Shown here: positions 1 through 9,096 of the stretch, piece after piece
Layout: each line of letters begins with the position of its first letter
How positions within the stretch are numbered: position 1 is the first letter of the stretch
From: Guptibacillus hwajinpoensis
Lineage (GTDB): Bacteria > Bacillota > Bacilli > Bacillales > Bacillaceae_J
Assembly: GCA_016841285.1 (NCBI GenBank)
Contig: JAENZK010000001.1
Span: 1 to 49,369, forward strand
Reading direction: 5' to 3'
DNA length: 49,369 nt
The notes under the pieces: generated by a model
What the model saw: the letters and a program-made list of their open reading frames with translations, nothing else
Databases searched by the model: none
What the model was told of the DNA's origin: nothing
Program-made: the position numbers and the translations under genes

Positions 1-450
1 CAACTAGACCCTGAAGAAAAGGATATTCCACTTTTAGAGAAGGCATTAAAGGATGAAAAAGCTTCTATCCGAAGACTAGCTGTCGTGTATCTTGGCATGA
101 TTGAATCGGAAAAAGTGCTACCTTACCTGGGGGAAGCAGTTCTGCACGATCCATCCGTTACTGTTAGAAGAACAGCAGGAGACTGTTTATCTGATATTGG
201 GAATCCAAAAGCAATCACGACCATGATTCAGGCACTAAAGGATAAAAATAAGCTCGTGCGTTGGAGAGCAGCGATGTTTCTATATGAAGTGGGGGATAAA
301 TCTACAATCGAAGCATTACGTGAGGCGGAAAATGACCCGGAATTTGAAGTGGCTATGCAAGTTAAAATAGCGCTACAACGGATTGAAGGTGGAAAAGCAG
401 CAGAAGGGTCTGTGTGGAAGCAAATGACGGAAAACCGGAATAAGGAATAG
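1..450 (+). CDS. HEAT-repeat protein, conserved virulence factor C (CvfC/YpgR-like) family, 5'-truncated by window edge
   Basis: Frame is open from base 1 (QLDPEEKDIPLLEKALKDEKASIRRLAVVYLG...) into ORF 85..450; PBS-lyase HEAT repeats (D-x-x-x-x-VRR/VRW-x-A) and C-terminal GSVWKQM typical of the family. Confidence 0.8.
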   Translation, partial: QLDPEEKDIPLLEKALKDEKASIRRLAVVYLGMIESEKVLPYLGEAVLHDPSVTVRRTAGDCLSDIGNPKAITTMIQALKDKNKLVRWRAAMFLYEVGDKSTIEALREAENDPEFEVAMQVKIALQRIEGGKAAEGSVWKQMTENRNKE

Positions 451-522
451 AGTCAGAGTTCCCGACCCTCTGTCCCTGCCGGTAATTCAGTAAAAGCCAG
501 AAATAGAAAGGGGAAAAATAAA

Positions 523-1203
523 ATGAATAACTTATTTACGGATCGTTTATGGAAACGGGTAGAGCCTATTTGGAATTCATATTTGGAGCATCCTTTTGTG
601 AAAGGGCTTGGAGAAGGTAGGTTAGAAAAGGATAAATTCAAGCATTACATGAAACAAGATTATGTTTACCTGATAGAGTATTGCCGACTTTTTGCCTTGG
701 GAAGTGCTAAAGCACAGGACTTAAAAACAATGACTACATTTGCAAAACTTCTTCATGGTACTCTAGATATGGAAATGGATCTTCATCGTCAGTATGCCGC
801 TCAATTTGGTATTTCTCAGGATGAGCTCGAAGCAACTCAGGCTGGGGCAACAACTACAGCCTATACAAGCTACATGCTGAACGTAGCGCAACTTGGTGGA
901 ATAGAAAATGTGGTTGCCTCTGTTCTTACATGTGCATGGAGCTATAGCTTTATTGGCAAAGAGCTAGCAACATGGCCTGGTGCCATCGATCATGATTTCT
1001 ACGGTGAATGGGTAAAGATGTATTCTTCTGATGAATTTACCGAGTTGGCAGAAGACTGTAAGAACCTTATGAACGAAATAGCAAATGGAAAACCCGAAAG
1101 AGAATTAGCCAAATTAGAAGAGATTGTCGTTAGTACAAGTTACTTTGAATATATGTTTTGGGATATGGCTGAGAACAAAGTGGAATGGCCTATAAACCTA
1201 TAA
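523..1203 (+). CDS. tenA: Thiaminase II (TenA)
   Basis: HPFV, YMKQDYVYL, AYTSYM, C-AWSY and EYMFWDMA motifs; 226 aa. Confidence 0.92.
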   Translation: MNNLFTDRLWKRVEPIWNSYLEHPFVKGLGEGRLEKDKFKHYMKQDYVYLIEYCRLFALGSAKAQDLKTMTTFAKLLHGTLDMEMDLHRQYAAQFGISQDELEATQAGATTTAYTSYMLNVAQLGGIENVVASVLTCAWSYSFIGKELATWPGAIDHDFYGEWVKMYSSDEFTELAEDCKNLMNEIANGKPERELAKLEEIVVSTSYFEYMFWDMAENKVEWPINL

Positions 1204-1226
1204 GTAAATAATAAAAAGCATTCGTT

Positions 1227-1255
1227 TTGGCAATAATAGAAATATATGGTATAGT
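1227..1255 (+). promoter_or_regulatory. Sigma-A-like promoter
   Basis: TTGGCA-17 nt-TATAGT with TG extension. Confidence 0.55.
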
Positions 1256-1312
1256 AAGGTAACAAAGTAAAATTTCTATTCTATATTAAACAGAGGCTTT
1301 TTTCAATGTAAA

Positions 1313-1352
1313 AAGAGGATGCACCAAAAAATAACTTACGGTGCATCCTCTT
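1313..1352. terminator. Hairpin, terminator-like
   Basis: 13-bp perfect inverted repeat AAGAGGATGCACC/GGTGCATCCTCTT. Confidence 0.6.
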
Positions 1353-1392
1353 CAGTTTATGTCAAAAATATAATGTAAAGAGGGTTGTATTA

Positions 1393-1680
1393 ATGATTTC
1401 TAAAATTAGAAAAGTTAAATTCAACAAAGAAGGAAAAAATCCTGCATATAAGGTTATTCTTGAAAGTCCTGAAGGAAAAGAATTGTATACTCAGTTTGAT
1501 TATATCCTAGAAACCCAATCCTATTCTCTATTAAAAGTAAAATATGATGGTCTTGATAAAGATGCGAAACTTGCTTGGTATACTAATGATGTTGAGAAAC
1601 TTACCGTTGATAAATTTCTGGATAAAGTTAGTCGAAAAATCAATAAAAAATATGGTTATGTATTAAACAGTAAAAGCTAG
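1393..1680 (+). CDS. Hypothetical protein (95 aa)
   Basis: ORF with AAGAGGG RBS and downstream terminator; no recognisable family. Confidence 0.7.
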   Translation: MISKIRKVKFNKEGKNPAYKVILESPEGKELYTQFDYILETQSYSLLKVKYDGLDKDAKLAWYTNDVEKLTVDKFLDKVSRKINKKYGYVLNSKS

Positions 1681-1710
1681 TTTACATAAAATATTTATGG
1701 TTACCAAGTT

Positions 1711-1745
1711 AAATGTCGAAGTGCTAGGCACTTCGGCATTTTTTA
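1711..1745 (+). terminator. Intrinsic terminator
   Basis: AAATGTCGAAGTGC-tag-GCACTTCGGCATTT followed by T run. Confidence 0.8.
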
Positions 1746-2122
1746 TTTTAAGGTAATAAAGGGTGAAAGTATAATTTAAATTTACACAATATTTATAAAA
1801 TTGCAATAGATACTTAATAAAGTTTCGTTACTATTAACCATATAAACCGGAGTTGGGGGGATGTTTTCTTATGTCGAAAAAAACCGACAAGTTCTGTCTG
1901 TATTGACGTAAGTATTTTATTGTATTTCCTATTACCATATGGTTTAATTAACCATGTTGATATTTTATAAGAATTTTATAAAATAAAACCTTGCTAGAAT
2001 AATTGATCGGGAGGTTGATAGAAAGGTCATATGAAAAATGAATAACAATTGAAATCATTCGTAATTACTTTGTCTTTTTATTTGATATCTAAAATAATTC
2101 TAATGAGGGGTTTTATATTAAA

Positions 2123-2407
2123 ATGGTTATTCAAAATTTAGTTAGTACGAAACAATATTTTGAAAATGAAACAAAAATGAACTATTTCGTAGTTTATGAA
2201 AAATCAGAAAAAACCAAGGCCTTATTTAAGGATAAATATATAGAGGAATGGAATGCTGGAACAGAAGAACTTATACATATTTTTTATGCTAAAAGTAAAT
2301 CTGATTCTGTTCGACGTCTGCACAGTTACAAACTTAATCCAGAGAATATGTCGATTGAGGACACACTTAAGACTATACAGGAAGAACATAAAGAAATTTT
2401 CAAGTAA
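2123..2407 (+). CDS. Hypothetical protein (94 aa)
   Basis: ORF with GAGGGG RBS followed by a hairpin. Confidence 0.65.
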   Translation: MVIQNLVSTKQYFENETKMNYFVVYEKSEKTKALFKDKYIEEWNAGTEELIHIFYAKSKSDSVRRLHSYKLNPENMSIEDTLKTIQEEHKEIFK

Positions 2408-2417
2408 AGCAGAAAAG

Positions 2418-2449
2418 TAAGCCGAGGTTAAACCTCGGCTTATTGCTTT
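2418..2449 (+). terminator. Intrinsic terminator
   Basis: TAAGCCGAGGT-ta-AACCTCGGCTTA hairpin. Confidence 0.75.
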
Positions 2450-2524
2450 AATTAAGCAATCGTTTGAACGGGGTAGTGGTTAAGGGGTTGGCTTGAAGTA
2501 GGAATGGAAGGAGAATGTTTGATA

Positions 2525-3190
2525 ATGATCAGCACAACTTTGTCCGGTGTTGGAAGACTTGGGAAAGCCTTGATGAAACAATGGAATATTAGTAATGAAA
2601 AAATGGGTATCTTTCATCCGTCTGATGAAAAAGTAAAAAGTTTTATTTCCGATTATTCGAATGGAGTCCCAGTATCAACAAAAGATTTAGCGAATATGAA
2701 AACAATTATTTTGGCTTTGCCTGCAGCAAAAATACCGGAATTTCTAAAGCAAAATTATCATTCCAATATTACATATGTAAATATGGCAACTGCCATGAAA
2801 ACGTCTGATCTCCAAAAAGAATTTACTGAATTACAAATCGTGAGTATGAAGTTTGTTGGCCATGCCAACGACCTAAATAAAAATGGGAATGGTTATTTTA
2901 TCACTGAACAAGAAACGCCTGATGAAATCGTAAATCTTTTTAACGGAATCGGAGTAGTCAGGAGGGGTGAACCTGATATAGTTAATGATGTTAACAAGTT
3001 GGCTACTTATTACGCGATAAAAGCAGCTGTTGAGTTAGAAAATGAGCTTAGAATAAAAAAATATGATCAATCCTTGATTGATCGTGCTCTTTCTGCGATT
3101 ACTCCGGAAGTGATAAAGTCCTACCAGAAGGGTGATCTTGGTCATTTTGCTCAAAGTGTTGTGACAGAAGTTAAGGAATTGATAAGATGA
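2525..3190 (+). CDS. NAD(P)-binding Rossmann-fold protein, distantly pyrroline-5-carboxylate-reductase-like
   Basis: N-terminal GVGRLG dinucleotide-binding motif, IILALP strand; start chosen at ATG 2525 after AAGGAG. Confidence 0.6.
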   Translation: MISTTLSGVGRLGKALMKQWNISNEKMGIFHPSDEKVKSFISDYSNGVPVSTKDLANMKTIILALPAAKIPEFLKQNYHSNITYVNMATAMKTSDLQKEFTELQIVSMKFVGHANDLNKNGNGYFITEQETPDEIVNLFNGIGVVRRGEPDIVNDVNKLATYYAIKAAVELENELRIKKYDQSLIDRALSAITPEVIKSYQKGDLGHFAQSVVTEVKELIR

Positions 3191-3243
3191 TAGCCATTTT
3201 AAAGGGTGCACCAAATCAGGTGCACTCTTTTAAATCCCGATTG

Positions 3244-3831
3244 TTAGCACCGTGCAATAAGCGAAATTACAAGACTAGAAAGGTATTTTTTACAAGATAT
3301 AATATCAAACCCACATTCTTTAATTATGACTTCTGGATTTCTGTTAAGATGGCATCCATCAGCAATATGTTTCCAAGCTGGTGTTAAAAGATGCTGTAAA
3401 CCTGCCAAAAATGGTTGTTCCATTTTGATATGTTCCAAAACTAGTAATTTTCCATTTGGTTTAAGGACTCTTTTACACTCTTGTATTACTTGCGTCATGT
3501 TATCAACAGAACATAGAACGAGTGTTATCACTATTGTGTCAAAATGATTATTGGGAAAAGGGAGATTCTCCGCCTTATTTTTGATTATTTGGATTGGAAC
3601 ATTAGCCTCTTGTTTTCGAACCAAAGCTTGCTTGATCATATATGGGTTTGGTTCAATGGTAATAACCTCTTCACATTTATTATATAGGGGAAAATTTATG
3701 CCAGTTCCTCCTCCAATCTCAAGCACTTTACCTGTAGCTTGGTCCAGTAACTTTTTTCTCCATGCCATTATGTACTTTTTTTCTAAAGGTGCCATAGCTT
3801 TGTCGTAATATTTAGCGAATGTATTTGTCAT
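3244..3831 (-). CDS. Class I SAM-dependent methyltransferase
   Basis: VLEIGGGTG motif I, AENLPF, FDTIV, RVLKPNG, GCHLNR. Confidence 0.9.
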   Translation of the reverse strand: MTNTFAKYYDKAMAPLEKKYIMAWRKKLLDQATGKVLEIGGGTGINFPLYNKCEEVITIEPNPYMIKQALVRKQEANVPIQIIKNKAENLPFPNNHFDTIVITLVLCSVDNMTQVIQECKRVLKPNGKLLVLEHIKMEQPFLAGLQHLLTPAWKHIADGCHLNRNPEVIIKECGFDIISCKKYLSSLVISLIARC

Positions 3832-3924
3832 TTAAATGATTTCCTCCAAAGTTTAATCCCATTCTTTTATTATAATATAGAAAATTTGATCATAGGAGGG
3901 GGGGATCCAAAAAAGCGGGTAAGC

Positions 3925-4030
3925 ATGTCCTAAGTTTCAATACCATCATTATTATGATATTATATATTTCATTGATATAGACCTATCCCTATAAGTTGTT
4001 TAGGCTCAAGGGAGGTCTATTTCTTTTTGT
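3925..4030 (+). ncRNA. Putative ~60-nt sRNA gene (promoter plus terminator); internally deleted paralog of the antitoxin gene at 17137-17326
   Basis: 3977-4030 matches 17273-17326 at 51/54 nt; upstream TTTCAA-17-TGaTATTAT promoter is homologous to the antitoxin promoter. Confidence 0.55.
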
Positions 4031-4079
4031 ACTATAGGAAAGTATAAAATTTTATGGATTAATTGCAAAGAGGAAGCAA

Positions 4080-6272
4080 ATGATAACAACTAAAACCTAT
4101 ATAAAAGAGTGGCAGCAAGCACTACATCAAGAGATAAATTACTTAAAAAGGTTCGGTGGAAGCAGATACGCAGTAACAAATGGAAGGCTGTTATCCAACG
4201 AGGGTTCATATAGCTATTATTTTGAAACGGCTTTTTCAATAAGGATCCCAGTTGGTTCCTCAATCAAATTAGAATCGGGAACGATGAAAAATAAAGGGAG
4301 AGTGCTTTCCTCAGAGGGGAGGGGAATCATTCTTGCGATCGATCAGTATTTTGGGGATTTCATTCAGGATGCATTTTTGTTACACGATCCATGGGAATTA
4401 CTAGAACAATTAATAGAGCGCTTAGATGAAATCAAAAAAAGCAAACAAAAGAGGCTTAGACTGAAAAGATTGATGAATCCCTCCCTGGAAGTAAAACATC
4501 CTATAGGAAAAATAAAAAGTAACGTCCATGAACTAATTTTGCGGTCCAAATACAATCCGGTCACGTATGTATGGGGTCCGCCGGGTACAGGAAAAACATA
4601 CACTTTGGCCAGAACAGCCGCTCAAAAGTATTTTCAGAACAAAAAGGTATTGATTTTGTCGCATAGTAATCAAGCTGTCGATGTATTGATGGCTGAACTG
4701 GCTGCTTTTATTAAAAAGAAAAAAAGATTTCAAGAAGGGGACGTGCTCCGTTATGGCGGGTACAAATGGGATACCCTATCTGCCCATAACGAAATTACCA
4801 CCAACCTACTCATTGAGAAGCATGACCCCAACCTCGCAAAAGAGAGAGAGAAACTAGTAGAAGAAAGGCGTAATTTAAAGCAAGATTTGGCCCGTTCATA
4901 CAGTAAAAGAGACTCGGATCATTTACTAGATTTAGAAATAAAGATTGCCAGGATTCATGAAAAGGTAAGGAAAAAAGAAGTTCAATTGGTTAAGGATGCA
5001 TTAATTATCGGAACGACGTTAGCAAAAGCAGCTAGTGATAGTGCTGTTTATGAACAAGAATATGACATCGTCATCGTCGATGAAGCAAGTATGGCCTATG
5101 TACCGCAGGCAGCTTTTGCTGCAACCTTGGGGAAGCGGGCCATTATTTGTGGGGATTTCAAGCAATTGCCTCCAATTGCATCAAGCCGTGACCTGCTTGT
5201 GGAAAAATGGTTGAAAGAGGATGTGTTTCATCATGCCGGGTTAGTAAAATGGTTGAATGAAGGGAATCTTCACCCACAGCTGTTTTTATTAAAAGAACAG
5301 CGGAGGATGCACCCTGACATATCTGCTTTTACTAATCGATACATTTATCATTCGTTGGTTGGAGACCACGAAAGCGTCAATAACAGCAGAAATAAGATCG
5401 TAGGTCAATCTCCTTTTAAAGAACAAGCTGCTGTGCTAGTTGATACTAGTTTCACAGGCTTGCAATGTATGAATGATAAAATGACCAATTCCAGATTCAA
5501 CCTGTGGCAGTTGTTGTTGTCTTTTCAATTAATGAATGAAGCATATGAAGGTGGAGCTAAATCGATTGGTTATGTAACACCTTATCGGGCCCAGGCAAAT
5601 CTTATGGAACTGCTACTTGAAGAGATTTATGATAAAGAGCGCAGCCAGGCGGATATTATTGCGGCTACAGTCCACCGATTCCAGGGAAGTGAACGGGATG
5701 TGATGATTTTTGACACCGTGGATAGCGACCCGCAAGACCGTCCAGGCATGTTATTGATCGGGAAGGATAGTGAACGTCTGATTAATGTAGCAATTACTAG
5801 AACGAAGGGAAAATTTCTTCACGTCAGCAACAGACATTTCATTGAAAAGCACATTTACCAAGGAAAAACGCTTCGGCAACTCATAGACCATCAGGTCAGA
5901 CAAAAGCAAATTATCACAACAAACGAAATTGGTTCATGGATTCGAAACCAACACCCAAAATTGCGGTGGATTCATGCCCGAAAATTGGAACCTGTTTTTC
6001 GTGATATTCAAACTGCAAAGTCATCGATTACTATCTCCTTACCTGTGGGTACCCAATTGAATGAAGAATGGAAAAAGCAAGTACACAATAAAGAAAATCA
6101 CTTGAAATTATCCATTATTACCGATCGCTTTCCGTTTCCGTTTGTGATGATTGATGAGAAGGTTTTGTGGCTTGGACTTCCACTTGAAGGAGCAAGAGGA
6201 GTTCAGCCGCCCTATGTTGCAGCAAGACTGAGTTCAAGTGTAGTTTGTGAATACTTATTAAAACAGATTTAG
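4080..6272 (+). CDS. Superfamily 1 (UPF1/DNA2-like) helicase, AAA_11/AAA_12 domains
   Basis: WGPPGTGKT Walker A, SHSNQAVD, IVDEAS, GDFKQLPP, QRRMHPDI, TVHRFQGSE, INVAITR. Confidence 0.92.
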   Translation: MITTKTYIKEWQQALHQEINYLKRFGGSRYAVTNGRLLSNEGSYSYYFETAFSIRIPVGSSIKLESGTMKNKGRVLSSEGRGIILAIDQYFGDFIQDAFLLHDPWELLEQLIERLDEIKKSKQKRLRLKRLMNPSLEVKHPIGKIKSNVHELILRSKYNPVTYVWGPPGTGKTYTLARTAAQKYFQNKKVLILSHSNQAVDVLMAELAAFIKKKKRFQEGDVLRYGGYKWDTLSAHNEITTNLLIEKHDPNLAKEREKLVEERRNLKQDLARSYSKRDSDHLLDLEIKIARIHEKVRKKEVQLVKDALIIGTTLAKAASDSAVYEQEYDIVIVDEASMAYVPQAAFAATLGKRAIICGDFKQLPPIASSRDLLVEKWLKEDVFHHAGLVKWLNEGNLHPQLFLLKEQRRMHPDISAFTNRYIYHSLVGDHESVNNSRNKIVGQSPFKEQAAVLVDTSFTGLQCMNDKMTNSRFNLWQLLLSFQLMNEAYEGGAKSIGYVTPYRAQANLMELLLEEIYDKERSQADIIAATVHRFQGSERDVMIFDTVDSDPQDRPGMLLIGKDSERLINVAITRTKGKFLHVSNRHFIEKHIYQGKTLRQLIDHQVRQKQIITTNEIGSWIRNQHPKLRWIHARKLEPVFRDIQTAKSSITISLPVGTQLNEEWKKQVHNKENHLKLSIITDRFPFPFVMIDEKVLWLGLPLEGARGVQPPYVAARLSSSVVCEYLLKQI

Positions 6273-6308
6273 GAGGTACTTTTCTATTATAGAAAGGTGC
6301 CTTTTTTA
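6273..6308 (+). terminator. Intrinsic terminator
   Basis: AGGTACTTT...AAAGGTGCCT followed by TTTTTT. Confidence 0.7.
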
Positions 6309-6525
6309 AAATTATTTTTAAAATATATGTGATTAATTTAAAAGTAACTAAGGTATGAAGTGAAATCTTGATATATCAATATGAAAGCGTTATAAATTCC
6401 GCCTGAACCGGTCAAAATATAAAGCGCTATCAATTAATATATATCAAAATTAGATTAATTTAAGTTAAAAAATGTATTGTTTTAGATTGATTATCAGATT
6501 ACTATAGGAACATATATAATTTTCA

Positions 6526-6542
6526 TGTTAGAAAACCTCACA
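6526..6542. promoter_or_regulatory. TnrA/GlnR box
   Basis: TGTTA-GAAAACC-TCACA matches TGTNA-N7-TNACA exactly, directly upstream of glnK-amtB and just downstream of TATAAT (6515-6520). Confidence 0.85.
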
Positions 6543-6563
6543 TGAAAATAAAAGGGGTAGTTA

Positions 6564-6938
6564 ATGATGAAAAAAATTGAAGCAATCATAAGACCAGAAA
6601 AGCTCACAGAGACTATAAAGAGTTTAAAGAATATAGGTGTTACTGGTTTCACTGTTTCACAGGTGGTTGGTAGAGGGAAACAGAAAAGCACTCTTGGTGT
6701 CTATCGTGGTAAGAATTACAATGTTACCCTGCATCCAAAAGTGAAATTAGAGATTATTCTTTCGGATTATATGGTGGAATTGACAGTAAAGAGCATTGTG
6801 GAAGCTGCGAATACTGGTGAAGAAGGCGATGGAAAGATTTTTGTTTATCCCATTTTGGAGGCCTATAACATTCGAACAGGGAAAATTGATACTGATATTG
6901 ATGAATTAAAAGAGGAGGGGGAAGGGTCGTGGAACTGA
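6564..6938 (+). CDS. glnK: P-II nitrogen regulatory protein
   Basis: KKIEAIIRP, GRGKQ T-loop start, PKVKLEI, TGEEGDGKIFV, IRTG. Confidence 0.93.
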   Translation: MMKKIEAIIRPEKLTETIKSLKNIGVTGFTVSQVVGRGKQKSTLGVYRGKNYNVTLHPKVKLEIILSDYMVELTVKSIVEAANTGEEGDGKIFVYPILEAYNIRTGKIDTDIDELKEEGEGSWN

Positions 6939-8236
6939 TATATTTAAATACAATTTGGGTCGTATTGGCGGCTGCAATGGTTTTATTAATGGAAGGTGGA
7001 TTTAGTTTACTGGAAGCAGGTTTTGTTAGAACTAAAAATGCTGTAAACGTAACGATGAAAATATTTGTTGATTTGACAATTGGAGCATTGACTTTTTGGG
7101 TAATAGGCTTTGGATTAATGTTTGGGAAGGATGCATTCGGGATCATTGGTACAAGCTTAATAGGTACACCAGAAAAAATTGCTCTTCCTTTTGAGTTACC
7201 TAGTACAGCATTTGTTTTATTCCAAATGGGCTTTGCGGTAGCTTGCATCTCGATTATTTCAGGAGCTGTTGCGGAACGTATGAATTTTAAAGCCTATATA
7301 ATAACGGCAGTCCTTATATGTATTATCATTTATCCGCTATCAGGACATTGGATTTGGAATAGCGATGGTTGGCTGGCTAAGTTAGGAATGAAGGATTTTG
7401 CGGGTTCTGCTGTTATTCATGCGGTTGGTGGCTTTGCAGCATTAGCGATGGCTAAAATATTAGGACCTAGAAAAGGACGATTTAATTCTGATGGAAGTGT
7501 TAATGTATTTGCGCCGAGTAATATTCCGTTAGCATCAGCTGGTGCGTTTATTTTATGGTTTGGCTGGTTTGCTTTTAATGCAGGTAGTACATTAGATGCA
7601 TCCAATGGTTCTCTTGGATCGATAGCGATCAATACGATGTTGGCCGGAGCGAGTGGTGGTGCAACTGCCTTGATTCTAACCATGAAAAAATTTGGGAAAG
7701 CTGACCCAAGTATGACGATTAATGGGATATTAGCTGGTTTAGTTGCGATAACAGCTGGATGTGCATTTGTTTCTCAATGGAGTGCTATTTTGATAGGAAT
7801 TAGTAGTGGGTTCATAGTTATCTATGCAACACTTTTTGTTGACTTTATTAGAGTGGATGATCCTGTAGGAGCAGTTGCGGTACATGGATTCAATGGATTG
7901 TTTGGTACGATTGCAGTTGGATTATTTGATACATCACAAGGTCTTTTTACTACAGGGGATATCTCGCTTTTAAAAATCCAGTTGCTTGGTGCAGTTGTGG
8001 TGATTGTTTGGGGTATTATCGGCGGTGCGTTTATGGCGAAGGTATGTGAAATGACAGTCGGTCTTCGGGCAAAAGAACGGGATGAAGATGAAGGATTGGA
8101 CATGGCGTACCATGGCATACCAGCCTACAATGAATTAGAAAGATTTACAGATTTACCTACGAGTTTTTATAACTTTGAAGAAACAACAGGAATATCAATT
8201 GCCCCAATTAAAAAAGAGAAAGCAAGCTCGATCTAA
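6929..8236 (+). CDS. amtB: Ammonium transporter
   Basis: FQMGFA, SGAVAER, DFAGSAVIH, LWFGWFAFNAGS, DDPVGAVAVHG; overlaps glnK stop. Confidence 0.95.
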   Translation: MELIYLNTIWVVLAAAMVLLMEGGFSLLEAGFVRTKNAVNVTMKIFVDLTIGALTFWVIGFGLMFGKDAFGIIGTSLIGTPEKIALPFELPSTAFVLFQMGFAVACISIISGAVAERMNFKAYIITAVLICIIIYPLSGHWIWNSDGWLAKLGMKDFAGSAVIHAVGGFAALAMAKILGPRKGRFNSDGSVNVFAPSNIPLASAGAFILWFGWFAFNAGSTLDASNGSLGSIAINTMLAGASGGATALILTMKKFGKADPSMTINGILAGLVAITAGCAFVSQWSAILIGISSGFIVIYATLFVDFIRVDDPVGAVAVHGFNGLFGTIAVGLFDTSQGLFTTGDISLLKIQLLGAVVVIVWGIIGGAFMAKVCEMTVGLRAKERDEDEGLDMAYHGIPAYNELERFTDLPTSFYNFEETTGISIAPIKKEKASSI

Positions 8237-8255
8237 TTGATTGCATAGTTATGGA

Positions 8256-8300
8256 AAAACACACGCAAATTTTAATACGTTAAAATTTGTATGTGTTTTT
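8256..8300. terminator. Intrinsic terminator after amtB
   Basis: AAAACACACGCAAATTTTAA...TTAAAATTTGTATGTGTTTT inverted repeat. Confidence 0.7.
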
Positions 8301-8334
8301 CTTTCTAAATGAACTGTACCTAATATTTCAAATA

Positions 8335-8363
8335 CACCACCAATTTGTCTAATACATAGGATA
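8335..8363 (+). promoter_or_regulatory. Sigma-K-like sporulation promoter
   Basis: CACC-16 nt-CATAGGATA fits the mother-cell sigma-K consensus (CACM-N16-CATAnnnTA). Confidence 0.55.
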
Positions 8364-8399
8364 AATATGTGTTGAACGATCTAAAAGGAGGACTGCCTT

Positions 8400-8993
8400 A
8401 TGGATGAGAACTGTGTACAACCTTTTTGCGCGCAAATTGGAGATCAAGCTCCTCTGTTTGTAGCCGAAGCTTACGACAATGCAGAAAAGACTATGAAAGA
8501 AATTGAATTAGAAAATTTACGTGGAAAATGGGTGCTCTTATTTTTTTATCCGAGTGATTTCACATTAGTTTGACCGACGGAGTTGGCAGCGGTCGCTGCT
8601 ATTTATGATCAATTAAAAGCTTTAAATACTGAAGTACTTGCGATAAGTACTGATAGCGTATTTTCTCATAAAGTTTTTACGGAGGTTTCTTCAGCTGTTT
8701 CGCAGATAAATTTTCCTCTTCTAAGTGACCGAACACAACAAATAAGTAAGGCATATAGAGTGTTAAATGAGAAAACAGGTGCTGCATTCAGAGCGACTAT
8801 CATTATTGATCCGGAAGGGATAATTATTACGAAATTTGTTAATCCACCAAATATTGGGAGAAACGTCTACGAAATAGTAAGGATGATTCAAGGTCTACAA
8901 TATAATAGAAAGACTGGGGAAGTTGTTCCGGCGAATTGGGTTCCTGGTCAATCTGGAATTGCAAGAGATCCAAATTATATTGGCAGAATCTAA
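8400..8993 (+). CDS. AhpC/Prx1-family peroxiredoxin with in-frame TGA (probable selenocysteine U58), 197 aa
   Basis: AAAGGAGG RBS, ATG 8400; reads GKWVLLFFYPSDFTLV-TGA(8571-8573)-PTELAAV in frame with ORF 8583..8993; TGA sits exactly at the peroxidatic Cys. Confidence 0.85.
8581..8603 (+). promoter_or_regulatory. Bacterial SECIS-like hairpin
   Basis: TGGCAGC-GGTC-GCTGCTA stem-loop; apical loop G is 18 nt after the UGA. Confidence 0.7.
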
Positions 8994-9096
8994 TTGCCTT
9001 CCAATAATCGTGTATAATAAAAAGTGGGTTATGTGATAAAGAAGAGTTGATCGTTTCCAGTAAATGATTAGCTCTTTTTGTAAGAGGTGAGAGTTC

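Noticed and set aside
451-522. TPP riboswitch upstream of tenA
   Set aside because: The gap is only 72 nt and lacks the CTGAGA/ACCTG core.
1850-2100. Small ORFs after RBS-like sequences
   Set aside because: The frames are very short or interrupted; possibly decayed genes but unsupported.
8583-8993. 136-aa ORF as a complete protein
   Set aside because: It lacks the catalytic motif and is the 3' part of the TGA-containing gene starting at 8400.
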